64,000 bases of DNA from an uncultured bacterium (GTDB lineage: Bacteria > Verrucomicrobiota > Verrucomicrobiia > Verrucomicrobiales > DEV007). A program made the position numbers and the translations under genes. Under the pieces are notes generated by a model. The model had not been told where the DNA came from. It saw only the letters and a list, made by a program, of their open reading frames with translations, and did not search any database. Below are positions 58,401 to 64,000 of this stretch, one piece after another. The DNA is taken from NCBI GenBank assembly GCA_963977015.1, contig CAXBMO010000003.1, positions 192,001 through 256,000 of the forward strand, written 5' to 3'. Within the stretch, counting starts at the first letter, position 1, and every line of letters starts with the position of its first letter.

Positions 58401-61400
58401 CCGACCCGCTGTGGTGAAGACCAATCACCAACTCATCCAGAGTGGCGCTGAAGGTTCCGCCAGTAAGATCCATCGTGCTGAGGTTGGGACTGGTCCCGGT
58501 ACCGGCCCCGTCATTGTAGCCGATCCGCAAGTCTGTGCCGGAGTTGGCGTTGCCAGTCAGCGTGAAGGTGCCACCCCCAACGATGTCGATCAACCCGACA
58601 CTCTTGCGACCGCCCACGGTGAGCGTGTCCAGATTGAAGGTATTGGTATCCCCACCGAGGTGCAACTCACTGACCCGGGTGAGGTTGGATCCCGATTCGA
58701 CAAATCCCATCAGCAACGAGGTGGCCGTGATCGTATTGCTTCCCAACGTTGACAGGGTCAGATCACCTTCGGCAGAGCCTCCCTGACCAAAGACGTTGGA
58801 TGCATCCGTTCCCAACCGGATGTCAGCCACATCGATGGTGACCGAGTCAGCCGCGCTGAGATTCACCGTGCCTTTTGCATTGCTCCCCACCGGGAAATTC
58901 CGCCGACCGATATCGAGGATTCCAGTGCCATCCCCAATCTGAACCGTGCCGCCGTTCACGGTGAGTGCTGCGTTCAAGGAATCTACCCCAACTCGCAGAT
59001 TGTCGACATCCAGCCCGTCACCAATCGTCATTGTGCCGGCATCAATTTGAAGGCTTCCGGTGCCTGCGGCATTGGTAACCCCGTTGGTTACCGCGACCGT
59101 TCCGCCGTTGAGCAACTGCAACGTTCCGTTGTCGATGGAAATCGAATCAGTTCCGCTGATCGCGGCGCTTCCGCCATCAACCACGAGTGAGCCATCGGTG
59201 ACGGTGGTCGTACCGCTATAGGTGTTGGCACCGCTCAACGTCTGGGTTCCGGTTCCAATTTTGGCGAGCGCTCCGGTTCCGGAAAGAACGCCGGAATACA
59301 CGGTATCCAAATCGTTATTGCCCACCTTTAAGGTGACCGCATCCGAAGTCGCGTTCTCAAGGAGAATTCCGTTCGACCCGGTCAGTCCACCAAACGTGGC
59401 CTCAGTCAGAACAGTGAAATCAAGACTACCGGTTCCCGTGGTGCCGGTATCCAATGTGGCGTTTTGCAAAGCCAATTCGTTTCCAAGCTGAAAAGTGCCC
59501 AGATCGATCATTTCCACCGTGCCGCTGAAGGTGTTGGCTGCGTTGAATGCAATGGCCCGCGCGGCGTGGTTCCCATCGAGGATGATGGTTCCTGAGCCCG
59601 AGATTACACTGTCGAAATTCACATCACTGGTGTTGGAGTTGAATCCCGCGTTGTTGAATGTTGCGGTCCCGCCGTTCACCAGAATGGTCCCCGCATAGGT
59701 GTTCGGCGAGGATGGAGTCCCGTTGGAACCGTGGCGAAGGAAAGCGTTGCCATTCAAGGTGATGTCGGCCGTTACCGTCCGTCCGGGACTATTGTTATAG
59801 GCGTAAACCCCGAAAGAACTTCCGTCGTTCACGACAATCGATCCCACCGTCATGTCATTTTGCTCAATGTAGGCGATTCCTTCGTTCACAATGAGGGAAC
59901 CGTCCGGGCTATTCACTGACGAACGGAAAGCGAGGCTGCCTCCCCCATTCTTGGTCAGGCTGAACGTGCTCAGATCGATCGTTCCTCCGACATCCAGTCT
60001 CGCCGGGGTATTGATTGTGGCGTCCCCGGTCAGGGTCAGACCTTTAACGGCAGCATTACTCCCTACCAGGCTACCCACAGAATTAATCAGCGCCCCCTGG
60101 CCCGCAGAGCCGGTGCCTTCGATGTGATAAACGCGACTGCTATTCGTATTGGTACTACCGCTGAGGAAGGAGAGATCCACCGTCGCTCCGCTTTCCACCG
60201 TAACGGTCCCACTCGGCAAGGCGTCAGTAGCGCCCCAGGCGAGAATGCCCGCCTTAACGGTTGTGGAACCGGTTGCGGAACTCCCCCCACCTGACAACGT
60301 CAGTTCACCGGTGCCCTGTTTCACGAGATTCCCCGACCCGGCAAAAGTTCCAGCGATGATTTGATCTCCGGCATTGCCGATCGTCAGCGTCGAAGATGCC
60401 TCGATGTCGATACTCGTGCCGGAAACTGCCGAAAGAGCATCAATGGTGACAGCCCCGGCGATGTCCGGCCCCGTGATTTCCAGGGTCCGGGTTCCTTCGA
60501 GCGCCACGGTTTCGGCATAGGTTCCCGTGTTGACGATGATCGTTGCGCTGGAACTGGATGCCGCCAATGCTTCGTTGATCGTCCGGAAGGCGTTGACACC
60601 ATACATAGCCCCCTGACTGCCACTGGTTCCCAGATCCGCGTCACCAATGAGCTGTCCCCCGCTTTGGGTGAAGCTGTCGTCTACGTAGAGGGTATCAAGC
60701 GGGGTCGCTTCAACCAGCATGACATCATTCCCGTCGTTCGCGGAATAGAAGACCCGGAACTTCGTCGTTCCATCGCTCGCGGTCACGATATCTCCATCAT
60801 TGGGGGCATTGGTGAACCGTCCTGTAACAGCGTCGCTGGCGGTATCGTTGAGAACGATCGTATAGACGGAATTCGTTGGTGGAATGAATGTTCCCAGAGA
60901 CACCGCCAAGGTGCTTCCGGATAGGTCACCATTCCCGGTTAGGACGATCTGATCGTAATCCGTTCCCGCGGTTGCTCCGCCAATATCAACGGTGAGTATC
61001 TGTCCCGCTCCAAGGGTGAGATCGCCGGATACCTCCAGGCTCCCCGCACCACCCAGCCCAGGCATCACATCACCGTTAAACGTTACGGTGTTTCCGGTAA
61101 TATCCGGAGTCGTCGAGCGGTCGCGAATCTCGCCGCTGTCTGAGGTGAGCACCACATCGCTAGTCGTAGTGATACTGTTCACCGTGATATTTCCGTCAGC
61201 CGAAAGACTCACATCACTGTCGCCACCATCAACCGCTGAATTGTCGGCCATCGTAAGGGCTCCGTTTCCTGCTGTCAGGGTAACCAATGGAGCCGCGGTG
61301 ATCGAAATATCATCCAGAGCAATATCACTTCGATAGCCGGGATCAATGCCCCCCCCAGCAGTGACCGTTCCCGCAATTCCATCAAACCGGAGAACAACTT

Positions 61401-64000
61401 GGGGACTCCCCAGAACTGCACTGAGATCAACCGTAGCCTGGTGCCACACATTTCCCTGATTCCCCGATTCGGAAAACAACTCGTCCGACCAATTGGTTCC
61501 GCCGTCAGTACTCCCGTAGACCTTCAATGAACCCATTTCCGGATCCACACCCGCCATGTGGTAGTAAAATTCCAGGCTGGCGCTTTCCATTGCGCTCAAA
61601 TCAAGGATCGGCGAAAGAAGTTCCGCGGTATCGCCAGTCTGCACATGATCCGAAGTCTCAATGTAGAGGTATTTCCCGGTAGAAGTGCCGGTGGTATGAT
61701 CGGTTCCATTGTTCTGTCCTCCGCCGGGCCCCGTGCCTCCGCTTCCGGTACCTCCGGCATCCGGTGTCCAGTCGATCTGATCGCTACCCTGAACATTGAT
61801 CCAACCGTTCCCCAGCGCGATATTGGTGGCACCGGCAGACTCGCTGCCCTCGGTGAAGGATTCGAAATCTTCCTGCAAAAGAACTCCAGAGTTCAATCCT
61901 GTGATCTGCGCTCCGTCCAGAACATTCAGATCATTGTCGGCATTCAACCTGATACCTTGGCCGGTCACGACGGTGCTTGCGGCAACGGTGAGATCGCTGG
62001 TGCTCGAAATGACAACCGAACCTGCAGCGGTCACTCCAAGATTTTCCCCAGTCTCCCCAATCGTAAGATTACCGGAGTTGGAGATGGCAACGCCACCGCT
62101 GCCTCCATTCGCTCCGACGTTGTTGACCGCCGTGTCCAACTGATTGCCCGCACCGATTCCGTTGCCGGCCGTTGCAATGAGAACGTCCGCGGTTAGATCG
62201 GTCCCGGAATCTCCACCATCCAGAATTGCGCCGTTCTTCGAGGCAACGGTAATCGTCGTTGTCGTCGCAACGCTCGATACCACGATATTGCCATCGGCAG
62301 AAAGCGTCACCTTTCCGTCTCCCGCATTTACGGAGGTGCCGTCTTCCATCGTGATCGCTCCGCCCGAGCCATTCTGATCGCCGTCTGCATCAGCCGTGAT
62401 CGAAATGTTCGTATTGACCAGTGGATCCCCATAGACCCGAAAATCGTCGATCGCGATGTCGCCCTGATAGCCGCCTCCCGCGATTCCCTCAATTCGGAAT
62501 ACCACGTTTGAGCTTCCGGCAAACGCACTGGCGTCGACATTCGTCACGGTATGCCACTGATCGTCTACCTCTCCTGTTTGGCGGAAAAGTTCGGTCCAGT
62601 TATTCCCATGGTCGGCACTTCCGTAAACCGCGAGCGTTCCAATATGGTCACCAAGCATGTGGTAGGCAAACTCCACGCTCGCCGTCGTCTGATTGCTCAG
62701 ATCAACCCTTGGTGAAACCATTTGTGCATCACTTCCTCCGGCGACACTTCCAGAGGTTTCAAGATGGACGTAGGTCCCTTGCGCTGTTCCAAGCGTGTTG
62801 TCGACAGCAGGGCCAGTCGACCCGGGATCGGCGACATGGGAATCCGTTGGTCCCTGATTGGGCACCCAGTCAATGATGTCTGTCGCAACGTCGCCTTGCA
62901 CATTCGCCCAATCTGACGTAAACGTCTGCTGCGGGCGGGTTCCCGAAGTCGGCCCCTGGCCAAATGCCGTATTATCTTCGAAATCCTCCACACCATTCGG
63001 TAAGTCACCGCTATCGGCGTAGAATCGGAAATCATCGAGCGCGATATCGCCCTGGTAGCCATCGCCGCGAACGCCCTTGAGGCGCAACTGAAACGCACTG
63101 GCACCATCAAACTGCGACAGATCCACGGTTGCCTTTTTCCAGGCATTCCCCTGCTCTCCTTCCACCGAAAGCAGTTCCGTCCAGGTCGTCCCACTATCTC
63201 CAGTGCCCTCCACGACCAACTCACCGATGTGTTCGCCATACATGTGGTAGTAGAACTCGACGGCGGTGTTCGCCTCACCCGTCAAATTGAACTCTGGCGA
63301 AAGCAGATAAGCAAATTCGCCTTCCCTCGGCGACGATGTCTCCATATAGAGATAGGTGCCGGAAGTTGTCCCTGTCGTGTGATCCGTGGACGGTCCAGTA
63401 TTTCCGCTGGGGGTCCCCCCTTTGTCCGATACGAAATCCAGCGTATCCGGATGCAGATTTATCCATCCATTATCCAGCGCGATATCATTCGCTCCCGGAG
63501 ACGTGCTCCCTAATGCGAATCCTTCGAAATTCTCCGCCAGTAAAACGACATTCCCCGTGGTGGATGCCGGACCGGAGATCGAGGTTCCCGAAGTCAGGTT
63601 CACATCATTGTCCGCTGACAAATCGATGTTCCCACCGGTGACCGTGGCATCATTCAGATTGAGATCCTTGCCACTCCCGATCGTCAGAAGATGCGCTCCA
63701 GAATCAATGGTCCCGCCAATGTTCGCATCGCCGGAAACGGCATTCAGAGTAATCGCTCCGTCTGCGGTAATGACCGAGGAACTCCCGTCAATGGCCAATT
63801 GGATATCTGCACTTCCCGATGATCTCCCGGTGATTCGGATATCCCCCGACCCCGTGGCGGAAATCGCGGTTCCCACCAGCGCCACCCCGACTCCCGTTGT
63901 CGATCTTCCAAGAATTTCGATATCCCCTGACTCAGTGGTGATATTGGCATCGAGTTCGATACCGGTGGTCGATCCATTTGCGATTCCACTCAATTTGATG
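55441..64000 (-). CDS. Second giant modular surface protein (5'-truncated, over 2850 aa) with three MAM domains, PATR repeats and the shared C-terminal domain
   Basis: Frame open to the window edge; MAM motifs; LVKQGTGELTLSG and LAKIGTGTQTLSGANTYSG repeats; C-terminus paralogous to the 4990-aa protein. Confidence 0.88.
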   Translation of the reverse strand, partial: IKLSGIANGSTTGIELDANITTESGDIEILGRSTTGVGVALVGTAISATGSGDIRITGRSSGSADIQLAIDGSSSVITADGAITLNAVSGDANIGGTIDSGAHLLTIGSGKDLNLNDATVTGGNIDLSADNDVNLTSGTSISGPASTTGNVVLLAENFEGFALGSTSPGANDIALDNGWINLHPDTLDFVSDKGGTPSGNTGPSTDHTTGTTSGTYLYMETSSPREGEFAYLLSPEFNLTGEANTAVEFYYHMYGEHIGELVVEGTGDSGTTWTELLSVEGEQGNAWKKATVDLSQFDGASAFQLRLKGVRGDGYQGDIALDDFRFYADSGDLPNGVEDFEDNTAFGQGPTSGTRPQQTFTSDWANVQGDVATDIIDWVPNQGPTDSHVADPGSTGPAVDNTLGTAQGTYVHLETSGSVAGGSDAQMVSPRVDLSNQTTASVEFAYHMLGDHIGTLAVYGSADHGNNWTELFRQTGEVDDQWHTVTNVDASAFAGSSNVVFRIEGIAGGGYQGDIAIDDFRVYGDPLVNTNISITADADGDQNGSGGAITMEDGTSVNAGDGKVTLSADGNIVVSSVATTTTITVASKNGAILDGGDSGTDLTADVLIATAGNGIGAGNQLDTAVNNVGANGGSGGVAISNSGNLTIGETGENLGVTAAGSVVISSTSDLTVAASTVVTGQGIRLNADNDLNVLDGAQITGLNSGVLLQEDFESFTEGSESAGATNIALGNGWINVQGSDQIDWTPDAGGTGSGGTGPGGGQNNGTDHTTGTSTGKYLYIETSDHVQTGDTAELLSPILDLSAMESASLEFYYHMAGVDPEMGSLKVYGSTDGGTNWSDELFSESGNQGNVWHQATVDLSAVLGSPQVVLRFDGIAGTVTAGGGIDPGYRSDIALDDISITAAPLVTLTAGNGALTMADNSAVDGGDSDVSLSADGNITVNSITTTSDVVLTSDSGEIRDRSTTPDITGNTVTFNGDVMPGLGGAGSLEVSGDLTLGAGQILTVDIGGATAGTDYDQIVLTGNGDLSGSTLAVSLGTFIPPTNSVYTIVLNDTASDAVTGRFTNAPNDGDIVTASDGTTKFRVFYSANDGNDVMLVEATPLDTLYVDDSFTQSGGQLIGDADLGTSGSQGAMYGVNAFRTINEALAASSSSATIIVNTGTYAETVALEGTRTLEITGPDIAGAVTIDALSAVSGTSIDIEASSTLTIGNAGDQIIAGTFAGSGNLVKQGTGELTLSGGGSSATGSTTVKAGILAWGATDALPSGTVTVESGATVDLSFLSGSTNTNSSRVYHIEGTGSAGQGALINSVGSLVGSNAAVKGLTLTGDATINTPARLDVGGTIDLSTFSLTKNGGGSLAFRSSVNSPDGSLIVNEGIAYIEQNDMTVGSIVVNDGSSFGVYAYNNSPGRTVTADITLNGNAFLRHGSNGTPSSPNTYAGTILVNGGTATFNNAGFNSNTSDVNFDSVISGSGTIILDGNHAARAIAFNAANTFSGTVEMIDLGTFQLGNELALQNATLDTGTTGTGSLDFTVLTEATFGGLTGSNGILLENATSDAVTLKVGNNDLDTVYSGVLSGTGALAKIGTGTQTLSGANTYSGTTTVTDGSLVVDGGSAAISGTDSISIDNGTLQLLNGGTVAVTNGVTNAAGTGSLQIDAGTMTIGDGLDVDNLRVGVDSLNAALTVNGGTVQIGDGTGILDIGRRNFPVGSNAKGTVNLSAADSVTIDVADIRLGTDASNVFGQGGSAEGDLTLSTLGSNTITATSLLMGFVESGSNLTRVSELHLGGDTNTFNLDTLTVGGRKSVGLIDIVGGGTFTLTGNANSGTDLRIGYNDGAGTGTSPNLSTMDLTGGTFSATLDELVIGLHHSGSGNGKGVLTYTVGTVTANSVVLADPDFGGSSSNDSNTRGTLNFGGGILDLQNGTITEGGGTHLFTFTDGTLKDVDSIGFSVNQQGGIIQIGDDGAIDTMSVDGDFTTTTGATLEISLDGQSGAGVAGGHDQLIVDDMAANGTVDLGNATLDLTLNFIPSRGQTFVILDNDGTSDPIVGTFAGLVDGEVFDLTSTVDGNQYVFQIQYDTEDGTGAGNNVVLTSFGLAETRVSIVGGDLVIDDFNNESADQLDISMANISGENYFVIKDVNSTPLNLTTTIAESDATRVNADEIRVKVSAVSGGLIVNTANPSAAADIDSVTISSPFAIGGDLVINAETINLNSNVTTGGSQDYNGAVQLGGSSSGVTLASSGGGAVDFESTIDGNKGLTVNTSGTTRFGGTIGGSVVLASLSTDAAGTTTIAADVTTTGAMTFGDPVDLVGDVIASSRGGGIIAFQGTVDGGHDLTVSTMGEVRLGANLGAGTALTSLDVTSGTSLNVAVNVTSVGTVVFNTEGDFSFAESATVMATGDVVVNADAGIDANTTGSLVEFRGTVAAASLTINTGDDRDAIVVQPSETTEIFVNGGDPTTLPGDALVVLGPNPQLASTGVGEGTYTFPSAASALKPVHFTGIESDNLVPVLLGVSINDSLVHGVGQGPIGLFPSIRVTQANLVTSATIQIHGGYQPDEDRLSAIALPAGLSQRFDRGSGTLTISAGPGGVSAKAMEQALRAVVYSNKDLSDPTPGARWFVVEVQDGTDQSNALQVSVVQQGKTKSAAATATDGATATTPGSNAAGQQGENADFNALQILLNGFGDSGVFAGLRLDELPEGASGYRFVNGQLLNPEGQVIDLAAIRSGDSSVLPSLPPVFSLTPFFAGTSAVGAQIVVTISDGAGGFSYTTTVQADAAGNWSASLSGIALEDRTYSITIQEVAPIIAMEEGSSSIFRTGSFRGGVIPGLSTEEELTLGDIYGLIIDATVPEDAINQLQEKL

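Overview
A gene-dense bacterial chromosome segment, most likely Verrucomicrobiota (inferred from two Verru_Chthon-type pseudopilin cassettes and giant PATR-repeat proteins). The left two thirds hold housekeeping and metabolic genes (rsmB, tRNA-Phe, queE, thiG, rodA, xth, a GldA/F/G-like ABC module), a TIR-domain protein, an aegerolysin/Cry34-like small protein and several homologues with substituted catalytic residues (ABC ATPase, coproheme decarboxylase, SGNH domain). The right third holds two tandem giant modular surface proteins (4990 aa, and over 2850 aa truncated by the window edge) that share shuffled modules and a C-terminal domain I do not recognise. The most striking observation lies between them: about 330 nt of nested inverted repeats (54858-55184) that fold best on the strand of the 15-kb gene, preceded by an extended -10 candidate and followed by an intrinsic-terminator-like hairpin 82 nt before the start codon. 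This is a candidate uncharacterised cis-regulatory leader RNA. All family calls come from motifs read by eye; no database search or folding program was run.
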